DNA of 64,000 nucleotides, taken from Gammaproteobacteria bacterium (lineage in GTDB: Bacteria > Pseudomonadota > Gammaproteobacteria > DSM-16500). Below are positions 33,513 to 42,357 of the stretch, piece by piece. The notes under the pieces were generated by a model. The model saw only the letters and a program-made list of their open reading frames with translations, was not told the origin of the DNA and ran no database searches. Position 1 is the first letter of the stretch; each line of letters starts with the position of its first letter. The stretch spans positions 13,930 to 77,929 of the forward strand of contig DATIJJ010000014.1 in the NCBI GenBank assembly GCA_035478795.1. Reading direction: 5' to 3'. A program made the translations under genes and the position numbers.

Positions 33513-35174
33513 TTATAGCTCAGATTGTGGAAGATATTTTTCAACCCCAATAAATTTGCTTATGTTCAGGTCTTCGCCTTGTATCATCACTCGCTGGATT
33601 GAAGCATTAAAATGTAGCTGCTCTTCATCACTTAACTGTCTTGTCGACCAAATAATGACGGGCGTAAACAACCCTCTTTCAGTTTGCCGATAATAACGCA
33701 GAAATTCCGATCCATCCATTCCCGACGCGTAGGGATCCAATAAGACAACATCAGGACATTCCTGCTCCAATGCAAGCAATGCACCCACTTTATCTTTTCG
33801 AGAAATGACACGAAAACCAGCCTTGCTTAATACAGTATGAGCAAATAATAATGCTTCCTGATCGCTATCAATAATAAGAATCATTTTATTTTGACCGGCC
33901 AGTATTTCAATCCGCGAAAGAGCAGAAAGCAATTCTTTTTGCGTGGATGGCTTCACTAAAAAATCCCGAATTTTACAGCCTGTTTGTATCGGCGGCTCCA
34001 ATATGGCTTTAATCACCGTCGGATAAATATCATGCGCAGCAATTTTGGAACGCAGCGTACGAATCAGTTCAAAGCTGCCAGAATCTGGTTGAAATAAATC
34101 AAGAATGATCGCATTAAATGGATGCTGCATATTTTTTTTAATTGCTTCTTCCGTACTATTTGAGATGACAACATGATAACCCGCTTGAATCAAAGCATTG
34201 ACCATGAACTCTCTTGCTTGTGATGCTTGTTCAATAACAAGAATAGCAGGGACCTGTTCATTATTTTCGGGCGAACCTTTTCCTTTTGTTTTGTCATTTT
34301 CCCAGGTTTTATAGTAAGGAAAGCACGGCAACACAGCAAAAAAGGTGCTTCCTTTACCGATAAGACTCTCCACACCCACCTGCCCTCCCTGAGCTTCGAC
34401 AATTTTTTTGGTAAGAGCAAGCCCAAGACCTGTGCCTTGATAGGATTTTTTTGAACCGATATCCAGTTGTTGAAATTTAACAAACAGTTTTTTTAAATCT
34501 TCCTCGCGAATACCAATACCGGAATCCTGCACTTCCAAACGAAAATTCTTTTTTCCGAACCGGGCAATATTGACAGTAACACGCCCATCAGGTGGAGTGA
34601 ATTTAAGCGCATTGGATATATAATTATAAAATACCTGTTTAAGTTTTTTAGGATCAATGATGATCTCATTCAAAGCAGGGTCCATTTTAATTTCAAACTG
34701 AATATTTTTATCAGCGATAATTTTATAAAAAATTTTTCGAATGTTTTTGATTAATTTATACAAGTCTGTTTTTTCAGGATGAAATTCCATTTTATTCGAT
34801 TCAATTTTTGCAAGATCAAGCACATCGTTTATAAACACCAGCAGATGATTTGCGCTATCAACAATGTCATTCAAAAATTCATGATACCTGGGTGACCTGG
34901 TATCTAACAGACCATCTTTTAATATTTCTGAAAACCCAATAATGGCATTTAATGGAGTGCGCATTTCATGTGATATATTGGCAATAAACTCGTTTTTTAA
35001 TCGATCAGATTCTTTTGCTGAATAGATGATTTTTTCAAATGCCTGGTTTTTTGCCTGAAGATTTTTTACAGAAATTTCCAGTTGTTCTGCATAATGTAAT
35101 GCCGCCTGCCATTCCTTGTAGTAATTGGTCGCATTACTTTTGTTGCTTCCCATAAACACATCCCTGTCAGCCAT
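33513..35174 (-). CDS. Soluble hybrid histidine kinase (short coiled-coil N-terminus, HisKA, HATPase_c, two receiver-like domains)
   Basis: H-box ISHEMRTPLNAIIGFSE, N-box NYISNALKFT, G-boxes DSGIGI and GTGLGLALTK. Two REC-like segments follow (AIILDLFQPD.., VVLLDPYASGMDG). There is no hydrophobic segment and no recognisable sensor domain ahead of the H-box. Confidence 0.85.
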   Translation of the reverse strand: MADRDVFMGSNKSNATNYYKEWQAALHYAEQLEISVKNLQAKNQAFEKIIYSAKESDRLKNEFIANISHEMRTPLNAIIGFSEILKDGLLDTRSPRYHEFLNDIVDSANHLLVFINDVLDLAKIESNKMEFHPEKTDLYKLIKNIRKIFYKIIADKNIQFEIKMDPALNEIIIDPKKLKQVFYNYISNALKFTPPDGRVTVNIARFGKKNFRLEVQDSGIGIREEDLKKLFVKFQQLDIGSKKSYQGTGLGLALTKKIVEAQGGQVGVESLIGKGSTFFAVLPCFPYYKTWENDKTKGKGSPENNEQVPAILVIEQASQAREFMVNALIQAGYHVVISNSTEEAIKKNMQHPFNAIILDLFQPDSGSFELIRTLRSKIAAHDIYPTVIKAILEPPIQTGCKIRDFLVKPSTQKELLSALSRIEILAGQNKMILIIDSDQEALLFAHTVLSKAGFRVISRKDKVGALLALEQECPDVVLLDPYASGMDGSEFLRYYRQTERGLFTPVIIWSTRQLSDEEQLHFNASIQRVMIQGEDLNISKFIGVEKYLPQSEL

Positions 35175-35331
35175 TCTTCTGATTATATTATCAAAAAAAA
35201 GACATCAATGATGTATTTTATTGATTAAATTAACAAAATATCTGGCACTTTTTCTCTATAAAACCCCATTTTTTTAAAATATGAACCATACTTAAAACGT
35301 AGACATGTGATTTATCAGGGGTTAATAACTC

Positions 35332-38300
35332 ATGCAGAAGACCGGAAGGTTTCTTTTGGGTGTGCGTAGGAGCGTGACTCATTTCGCTCTGTCTTTTCTG
35401 TTGAGTTTGTTTTTATTTTTGGATGCCGCAGCCAATCCGGCAGGCGGTGTGGTCGCAGCCGGTGATGCGACGATTTACCATGGGCTTACTACGACCGTCA
35501 TTCATCAAACTACAAACAAGGCGATTATCAATTGGCAAAGTTTTAATATTGCCGCTCACGAAACAACGAATTTCAGACAGCCCTCATCCAGCGCTGTGAT
35601 GTTAAATCGCATTAATCCGGCGCAAGGCGTTTCGCAAATTTATGGGCATCTGAATGCAAATGGGAGAATCATCCTGGTCAATCAGGCTGGAATCTATTTT
35701 GGCCCGGGGTCCTTTGTGAATGTCGGTGGAATTATTGCATCGACTTCCAATATTTCAAATGAAAATTTTCTTGCCGGAAAATATATTTTTGATGAAGCCT
35801 CGCCTTATGCCGGCTCAATCATTAATGAAGGATCCATTATTGCAAAAGATAATGGTCTTGTTGCATTAATTGGAACGGGCGTCAGTAATAGTGGCTTGAT
35901 TCAGGCAAAACTGGGAAATGTTGTGCTTGCATCAGGAAATAAATTTACGATGGATTTTAATGGCGATCAACTGATTAATTTCACTGTTGATGAGGCGACA
36001 GGTGTTGCAGGTAAGGATAGAAATGGCAATCTTTTAAAAAATGGCATCAAAAATACAGGAAAAATTATTGCGAATGGCGGCACTATTCTTGTAACAGCAC
36101 GCGTCGCAAAAAATGTATTGGATAATGTCATCAACATGAAAGGTATTGCCATGGCCCGCTCGGTTGGAAAACATAATGGCGTTATTATTTTATCGGCGGG
36201 TGATGGAACGCTGAAAGTGTCGGGTCGTTTAGACGTTTCTTCGCGTAAAGATCAGGGCGGCACGATTAAAGTGTTGGGCGATCGCGTTCAAATTGAATCA
36301 CACGCCGTATTAAATGCCAGCGGTAAAACAGGTGGCGGTGAAATTTTAATCGGCGGTAATGCACACGGTGCAGGGCCAGAACAGAATGCGAGTTACACTT
36401 ATATTGGTCCAAACGTTACTATTTTTGCCGATGCGCTTGATAAGGGGAATGGTGGGAAAGTCGTCGTCTGGTCTGATCAGGGAACCGGATTTTATGGAAC
36501 TATTTTTGCTCGCGGCGGCGCTTCAGGCGGCAATGGCGGTTTTGTTGAAACGTCAGGCAAAGCGTATCTGGATGCCATGGGTATGGTTGACGCCAGTGCA
36601 AAGGCAGGGTTGCCCGGACAATGGCTGTTGGATCCGTTTAATGTCACCATCACAACGACCACAACAAATGGTGCATTTGACTCAGGTAATCCCAACACCT
36701 ACACACCCACCGCGAATAATGGCACTGCAAACGCAGCGACAATTAATGCCTCATTAAACGGTGGAACCAGTGTCACCATTACAACAGGATCAACAGGTGC
36801 CCAGGCAGGCAATATCACAGTCAGTTCTGCCATTCTGAAAAATGCGGGCCTAACCACACCAACGCTGACATTAAATGCAGCAGGAACCATTACGATTAAT
36901 AACACCCTTTCCGCAACCAGCGGCGGTCTCAATGTGACATTAACAGGCGATGCATTAACCCTGAACTCAGCCGTCACAACCAATGGCGGAAACTTTTTAA
37001 GTACCACACAAAATGCAACGACGCTCGCGAGTGCCATTTCGACGGGAGCCGGAACCGTTAGTATTAATGTCAATCAGGATGGTTTAGGCGCAAATGCATT
37101 TGCAATGAACGCAGGCAGTTCTATTACCACAACCAATGCAAGTGCCTCTGCTGTCTCAATTGCTGTGAATACAGCATCAGGCGGCACGGGCACGGCAGCT
37201 TTACGAAGCATTACAACAGGGAGTGGCGGGACAATTTCTGTTTCAACCAATTCAGCAAATGGTAATGACATTACAATGCCTGCAGGCCTGTTGGATGTCG
37301 GTACTGGAACTGTAACGCTATCTACATCACAACTGGCTGGACGAACAATTGGCACATCTGCTTTAAATATACAGATCAAAGCGGGAAATTTTAATGCCAC
37401 AACAGGAAATAGCGGGATCTTCGTCACCAATACAGGAACAACAGGACTCAATCTGGGAACAGTCAATTCAACAGCCGGATTAACACTGACATCCACAGGA
37501 AGCACAGGTATTACGGATAGCGGAACGCTGACCCTGCCAGGAACACTCACCGTTGCTGCGGGCGCGACGCAAGATATCACTCTGAATTCCGCTACCAATA
37601 ATTTTGGTACTGCTGCGATAACCAGTGGACGCAATGTCACGCTGGTTGATACAGATGGAATTATATTGGGCGCTTCAACTATTTCCGGCACATTGAATAT
37701 TTCAGCAGGTGGCACGGTTTCACAAAGCGCTGCATTAACGGTTTCCGGAACACCGACTTTTACCGTCACAACACCCTTATCTGATATTTTATTATCTACC
37801 CAGGCAAATGCGTTCAGCACAACACCGGTCTTTACGAATAACGGAAATATACGTGATTTGGGCTTAAGAAACACACTGGCGAGCGCTGCTGTTCCTGTGA
37901 TACCAACAGGCATGAGAAATTTAACGTTGACATTTGATAATGCAGGCATGACGCTGCCCGCCATGACGTTAACCGGTACATTAACGGCAACAGCAAATGG
38001 AGTTATCGCGCAGAGTGGTGCAGAAAACATTACAGGGGTTACGACACTTTCAGCAGGTAGTGGAAATGATATTACTTTAAATAATGCAGGCAACAACTTC
38101 AGTACAGCAACGATTACATCGGGTAATAATGTCTTGCTGCGTGATCTCAATGCATTGATATTAGGTGCATCAACGATCAGCGGTACATTAGGTGTCACGA
38201 CTAATGGTGCCATTACACAAAGTGGTGCTGGCGGATTATCTGTAACAGGTGCAACTACCCTCGATGCCGGATCAGCAAATAACATCACACTGAATACAGC

Positions 38301-41103
38301 AACCAATAATTTCAGTTCTGTCGGTATTACAAGTGGAAATAATGTGTCATTACGAGACGCCAATTCACTTGTTTTAAATACATCAACAGTCAGTGGAACG
38401 TTAGGCGTTACAACAGCAGGATTACTTTCCCAGTCAGGGGCTTTAACAGTCACAGGCGTAACTACTCTGGCAGCAGGTGCCACAAACGACATTACACTGA
38501 ATAATACCAATAATGATTTTAGTCGTGTGAATGTCACAACAGGCAATAACGTTACGTTAGTGGATACCAATGCGTTGATTCTGGGTACCTCGACTGTCTC
38601 AGGTACATACAATGTAACAGCAGGCGGCACGCTCTCTCAAAATGGTGTGTTAACCATTACGGGAACACCCACTTTCACCCTGACGACACCACTGACCGAT
38701 ATTTTATTATCAACATCGGCGAATGTATTTACGACAACGCCGGTTATTACCAATAATGGGAACGTACGCGATTTGTCACTACGCAATACAGCAGCCACTG
38801 CTGCCGTGCCAACTCTTCCATCCGGTCTTCGCAATTTGACACTGACTTTTAATAATAATGCAATGACATTGCCTGCAGTCACCCTGACAGGCGCATTTAC
38901 AGGACAGGCATTGGGGAATCTGGCCATCGGCGGCAATCTGACGACAGGTGCCAATTCAACTGTCACGGTGACAGCCGGTTCGTTTTCCGTATCAGATGGT
39001 GCAACGTTTAATACAAATAATACGAATCTTTCTGTCACCGCGACAGATCTCAATTTAAATACCACCGGTGCATTAAATGTGGGAAGTGGTACGTTAAATG
39101 TCACACAGAATACAGCCAGCGGAAGTATTGGTTTGGGAAATACCGCGGGCACGATGAGTATTAGCGGTTCAGAACTGCAACGCATGATAGCGGCTATTTT
39201 TAATCTCAATGCCCCTTCCGATGGACAAATTATTGTAGATGGCATCACGGCAGCTAACAGCGCAAACATTGCATCAATGCGTTTCTTTGGAAACAGTGGA
39301 CAAGTCAGCAGCATGATTTTCGAGAATAATCCTTCAAGCTTCAAATCACTGACTGCCAGCATCGATGATGGTATCACAATCGGTAGCGGAGCCGCTTTAA
39401 CAACGACTGCCGGGAGTATGACACTGAATGGTGATTCCGGTGGTATCGGTGGCGTAAATAATGCCGTTATTTTATTTGATAATGTCACTTCAGCAGGAAC
39501 GCTAACCTTAACTGCACCGACCAACGGTGTTATTTTAAATGCGCCTGTCACTCTGACTGCAAATGGTATAACAATCAATCCTGTCGTGAATGGGGCACAA
39601 AATCTCATCATTAACGCCGGCACAGGAACAATCAACTTTAATTCTGCAGTGGGTGCAACAACTCCCTTATCCAGCTTGAGCATCACAACAACGACAAATC
39701 CTGCGATTAATGTCAATGTTAATACGACCGGCAATATCAGCGTGATTTCCGCTGGAAATCTGACGTTAGCTGCCGGTGGCAATCTGACAAGCAGTGCAGG
39801 GAGCATTTTTCTGATGAGCGGTAGCGCTATGACACTGAATTCAACGATCACAGCCAATGCAGCAGGTGACTCGATTGTAGTGGTTGGACAAACGTTTAGA
39901 AATAACAAGGGAACCAGTGTTTTTAATCCGGGTATCGGCAATTATCTTGTCTGGTCAGGTGATCCGGCCAATGACAATCGTGGCGGTCTGACCTATAACT
40001 TTAAACAATATAACGCAACCTATGGATCAACACCGGTTGCAGGAACAGGGAATGGATTCCTCTATACAACAGCGCCTGTCATTACAGCTTCTCTGACCGG
40101 TTCGACCACAAAAGTATATGACGGTAATACGAATGCAACGCTGACAAACAGTAACTATATTTTTTCCGGCGAAATAGATGGTGATACAGTCACGCTTAAC
40201 GAACCGTTGAATGGAAATTACAGTTCACCGAATGTGGGTACAAACATTCCGGTAACCGTTTCAGGAATAACTATTCTGAGTGCAACGAATGGAAGTGCAA
40301 CCGTGTATGGCTATCAGGTTACGCCAACAGCAAGTGGAAATATCGGCATCATTACCCCGGCTATCATTCCACCGGTTCCGCCAGTTCCACCTGTGAATGA
40401 ATCGTCGATAGTCAATGCGATTACGCCATTCCAGAATGGAAATCAGCTTCAGAAAAATAACACAGAAAATACAAATATCAGTATCGTTAACAATAGCCTG
40501 ACAGGAAGTGGTATTCAAAATATCGCTATCGCAGAAAAAACATCCAGCGTTTTACAGCATGCATCTTCTGACACGCAAAGTGAATTCATGCAGTCGCTTT
40601 TTGCGGGTTATCCGAATCTCGAGGTCTCATCAAATAATAATTTAATATTGCTGCTCACCTTGTTAGTTCTGTCTTCTTTCCTGTTCACACAGACATTCAG
40701 AAAATACAGAGTTAATTTTATAAGTCATTTTCCATTAAATGAAAACATGTCAGCCATATCATTTAAGTTGCGTAGTTCGCTTGACAGTATTAATGGTTTT
40801 GCCGGATTACTGTATTTCAATGAAGCAGGAACATTCTCTCAAAAACAAATGGAATTTTTGAGTGATATTTTAACTGAGTCAAATATTATTTTATCCAATC
40901 TTTCAAAAATGGAATCCGGTTCAACTTCCATCGACGAGGCGTTATCCACCTTTCAATTTAATCTTCGTACATCCCTTAACAGCATCATTGGCTTTGCAAA
41001 TTTAATTGATCAGGGAACGGCTGGCGAAATATCCCCATTACAAAAAGAATTTATTCAAAATATTATTTCAGGATCCAATGAAGCATTAAAAACTGTACAA
41101 TAA
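35332..41103 (+). CDS. FHA-like two-partner-secretion exoprotein (TpsA), 1923 aa, with atypical C-terminal TM helix and two His-less HisKA-like modules
   Basis: Signal peptide (..LDAAA-NPAGG) and TPS domain (IINWQSFNI, FRQP, LNRI, GHLNANGRIILVNQAGIYFG). Then a long T/N/G/A-rich repeat region, an MBG-like segment (YDGNTNATL..), a PPVPPVPPV linker, the TM LILLLTLLVLSSFLFTQTF-RKYR, and finally SFKLRSSL..GF and QFNLRTSL..GF. Confidence 0.85.
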   Translation: MQKTGRFLLGVRRSVTHFALSFLLSLFLFLDAAANPAGGVVAAGDATIYHGLTTTVIHQTTNKAIINWQSFNIAAHETTNFRQPSSSAVMLNRINPAQGVSQIYGHLNANGRIILVNQAGIYFGPGSFVNVGGIIASTSNISNENFLAGKYIFDEASPYAGSIINEGSIIAKDNGLVALIGTGVSNSGLIQAKLGNVVLASGNKFTMDFNGDQLINFTVDEATGVAGKDRNGNLLKNGIKNTGKIIANGGTILVTARVAKNVLDNVINMKGIAMARSVGKHNGVIILSAGDGTLKVSGRLDVSSRKDQGGTIKVLGDRVQIESHAVLNASGKTGGGEILIGGNAHGAGPEQNASYTYIGPNVTIFADALDKGNGGKVVVWSDQGTGFYGTIFARGGASGGNGGFVETSGKAYLDAMGMVDASAKAGLPGQWLLDPFNVTITTTTTNGAFDSGNPNTYTPTANNGTANAATINASLNGGTSVTITTGSTGAQAGNITVSSAILKNAGLTTPTLTLNAAGTITINNTLSATSGGLNVTLTGDALTLNSAVTTNGGNFLSTTQNATTLASAISTGAGTVSINVNQDGLGANAFAMNAGSSITTTNASASAVSIAVNTASGGTGTAALRSITTGSGGTISVSTNSANGNDITMPAGLLDVGTGTVTLSTSQLAGRTIGTSALNIQIKAGNFNATTGNSGIFVTNTGTTGLNLGTVNSTAGLTLTSTGSTGITDSGTLTLPGTLTVAAGATQDITLNSATNNFGTAAITSGRNVTLVDTDGIILGASTISGTLNISAGGTVSQSAALTVSGTPTFTVTTPLSDILLSTQANAFSTTPVFTNNGNIRDLGLRNTLASAAVPVIPTGMRNLTLTFDNAGMTLPAMTLTGTLTATANGVIAQSGAENITGVTTLSAGSGNDITLNNAGNNFSTATITSGNNVLLRDLNALILGASTISGTLGVTTNGAITQSGAGGLSVTGATTLDAGSANNITLNTATNNFSSVGITSGNNVSLRDANSLVLNTSTVSGTLGVTTAGLLSQSGALTVTGVTTLAAGATNDITLNNTNNDFSRVNVTTGNNVTLVDTNALILGTSTVSGTYNVTAGGTLSQNGVLTITGTPTFTLTTPLTDILLSTSANVFTTTPVITNNGNVRDLSLRNTAATAAVPTLPSGLRNLTLTFNNNAMTLPAVTLTGAFTGQALGNLAIGGNLTTGANSTVTVTAGSFSVSDGATFNTNNTNLSVTATDLNLNTTGALNVGSGTLNVTQNTASGSIGLGNTAGTMSISGSELQRMIAAIFNLNAPSDGQIIVDGITAANSANIASMRFFGNSGQVSSMIFENNPSSFKSLTASIDDGITIGSGAALTTTAGSMTLNGDSGGIGGVNNAVILFDNVTSAGTLTLTAPTNGVILNAPVTLTANGITINPVVNGAQNLIINAGTGTINFNSAVGATTPLSSLSITTTTNPAINVNVNTTGNISVISAGNLTLAAGGNLTSSAGSIFLMSGSAMTLNSTITANAAGDSIVVVGQTFRNNKGTSVFNPGIGNYLVWSGDPANDNRGGLTYNFKQYNATYGSTPVAGTGNGFLYTTAPVITASLTGSTTKVYDGNTNATLTNSNYIFSGEIDGDTVTLNEPLNGNYSSPNVGTNIPVTVSGITILSATNGSATVYGYQVTPTASGNIGIITPAIIPPVPPVPPVNESSIVNAITPFQNGNQLQKNNTENTNISIVNNSLTGSGIQNIAIAEKTSSVLQHASSDTQSEFMQSLFAGYPNLEVSSNNNLILLLTLLVLSSFLFTQTFRKYRVNFISHFPLNENMSAISFKLRSSLDSINGFAGLLYFNEAGTFSQKQMEFLSDILTESNIILSNLSKMESGSTSIDEALSTFQFNLRTSLNSIIGFANLIDQGTAGEISPLQKEFIQNIISGSNEALKTVQ
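37549..38892 (+). repeat. Nested intragenic repeats inside the TpsA gene
   Basis: A ~143-aa segment (37549-37977, TVAAGATQDITLNS...PAMTLTG) recurs at 38464-38892 (TLAAGATNDITLNN...PAVTLTG). About 58-aa units (..AG..NDITLN.A.NNFS...ITSGNNV.LRD.N.L.LG.STISGTLGVTT.G...QSG) lie in between. Confidence 0.8.
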
Positions 41104-41188
41104 AGCAAGCCAATATCCATTCCAGGGTATTGAATCTGCAACCCAATGGCTATATGATTTTGACACTCGATCAACCGCAGGTCTCCTG

Positions 41189-42082
41189 ATGAATAATTTT
41201 ATGTTGGTAACAGGTGGTGCCGGATTCATCGGCAGCCATCTGGCAGAAGCTTTATTAAAGCGGGGATATCGCGTCAGAATACTGGACAATCTCATTTATG
41301 GTCGACGAGAATGGATACCCGATCAGGCGGAATTTATCGAGGGAGACATCACTGACCTTGCCACCTGCCATCATGCCATGCGTGATGTCACCGGTGTTTT
41401 TCATTGTGCAGCCATGTCGCGCTCGGCGCCATCCCTTGATATCATCGATACGTGCACGCGCGTCAATATTGTGGGGACGCAAAATATATTAATCGCTGCC
41501 CGGGACGCTCACGTCAAAAAAATCGTTTACAGTGGATCATCTACCTTTTATGGCAACCAGCCTCCACCTCATCATGAATACAAAACACCGGCCGATCCCT
41601 TTAATTTTTATGCCTTGTCAAAGCTGACCGGTGAAAAATATTGTCTGATGTTTGATGAATTATTTAATTTGCCGTGCGTCATTCTACGTTACTTTAATGT
41701 CTATGGGCCAAGACAACCGGACACGGGAGAGTACGCACTTGTGCTCGGGATTTTTTTACAACGAAGGTCACAAGGTGACGTGCTGCATATTCACGGAGAG
41801 GGTCATCAACGCCGCGATTTTATTCATGTGAATGATGTCGTGGCTGCAAATATTCGAGCCTTTGAAAGTGACATACGTCATGAAATATTTAATATTGGCA
41901 GTGGAACCAATATTTCCATTAAAGAGTTGGCGGATATCATTTCACCCCATCAGATTCATCAACCTCGACGAAAAGCCGATGCAGATATCACACTGGCGGA
42001 TATTGGACGCGCAAGGGAATTGCTTCATTGGCAACCCACGCTGTCTATTGAAGAAGGGATTCGTGATCTCATGGAGACATAA
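41189..42082 (+). CDS. NAD-dependent epimerase/dehydratase (UDP-sugar 4-epimerase-like)
   Basis: VTGGAGFIGSHL Rossmann motif and the catalytic Y...K (FYALSKLTGE); 297 aa. Confidence 0.85.
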   Translation: MNNFMLVTGGAGFIGSHLAEALLKRGYRVRILDNLIYGRREWIPDQAEFIEGDITDLATCHHAMRDVTGVFHCAAMSRSAPSLDIIDTCTRVNIVGTQNILIAARDAHVKKIVYSGSSTFYGNQPPPHHEYKTPADPFNFYALSKLTGEKYCLMFDELFNLPCVILRYFNVYGPRQPDTGEYALVLGIFLQRRSQGDVLHIHGEGHQRRDFIHVNDVVAANIRAFESDIRHEIFNIGSGTNISIKELADIISPHQIHQPRRKADADITLADIGRARELLHWQPTLSIEEGIRDLMET

Positions 42083-42104
42083 AACGACATAAACAGAGGG
42101 CAGG

Positions 42105-42240
42105 AATGATCGAAGAGCCTGATATGCCAGGTGGACGTCCAGGTGACGCTTCAGGCTTCCTGATCCAGTCAGGCTTGCACACCACGTCTACCGCCGACTT
42201 CCTGAAGTTAAAACGTTGGGCTTCGATTTATTTCCTGCCC
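42105..42240. other. GC-rich, multi-helix structured intergenic element of unknown nature
   Basis: Nested complementary pairs are GGGCAGGAA/TTCCTGCCC, ATCGAAG/CTTCGAT, GGTGGACGT/ACGTCTACC, CTTCAGG/CCTGAAG and CCTGA/TCAGG. AT-rich DNA flanks the element. Confidence 0.4.
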
Positions 42241-42357
42241 ATCTTCATTATAATAAAAGTCTGACCCTTTACAAATAAAAAACAAAAAAAATAGTCGTTG
42301 ACTTTTTGTATCACGCCGAAAATGATTACCCGTTAAATAAAATCAAAGGAGTTGAAA

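Noticed and set aside
37000-39000. Periodic repeats that might be mistaken for a CRISPR array or satellite
   Set aside because: The repeats are in frame within a continuous coding sequence. They are imperfect at the DNA level and lack unique spacers of constant length.
36699-39941. Three very long minus-strand ORFs (124, 518 and 434 aa) antisense to the TpsA gene
   Set aside because: They lie entirely inside the TpsA frame and have low-complexity V/P/A-rich translations. They are what the reverse complement of ACC/GGT/AAT-rich repeat codons produces. I see no start context or motifs.
42105-42240. Tested whether the structured element is SRP (4.5S) RNA, a TPP, c-di-GMP, ZTP or guanidine riboswitch, or a tRNA-like gene
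   Set aside because: None of the diagnostic motifs I recall is present on either strand: the SRP GGAA tetraloop with the AGCA/GGAA-type helix-8 loops, the TPP CUGAGA box, and so on. It is kept only as an unclassified structured element.
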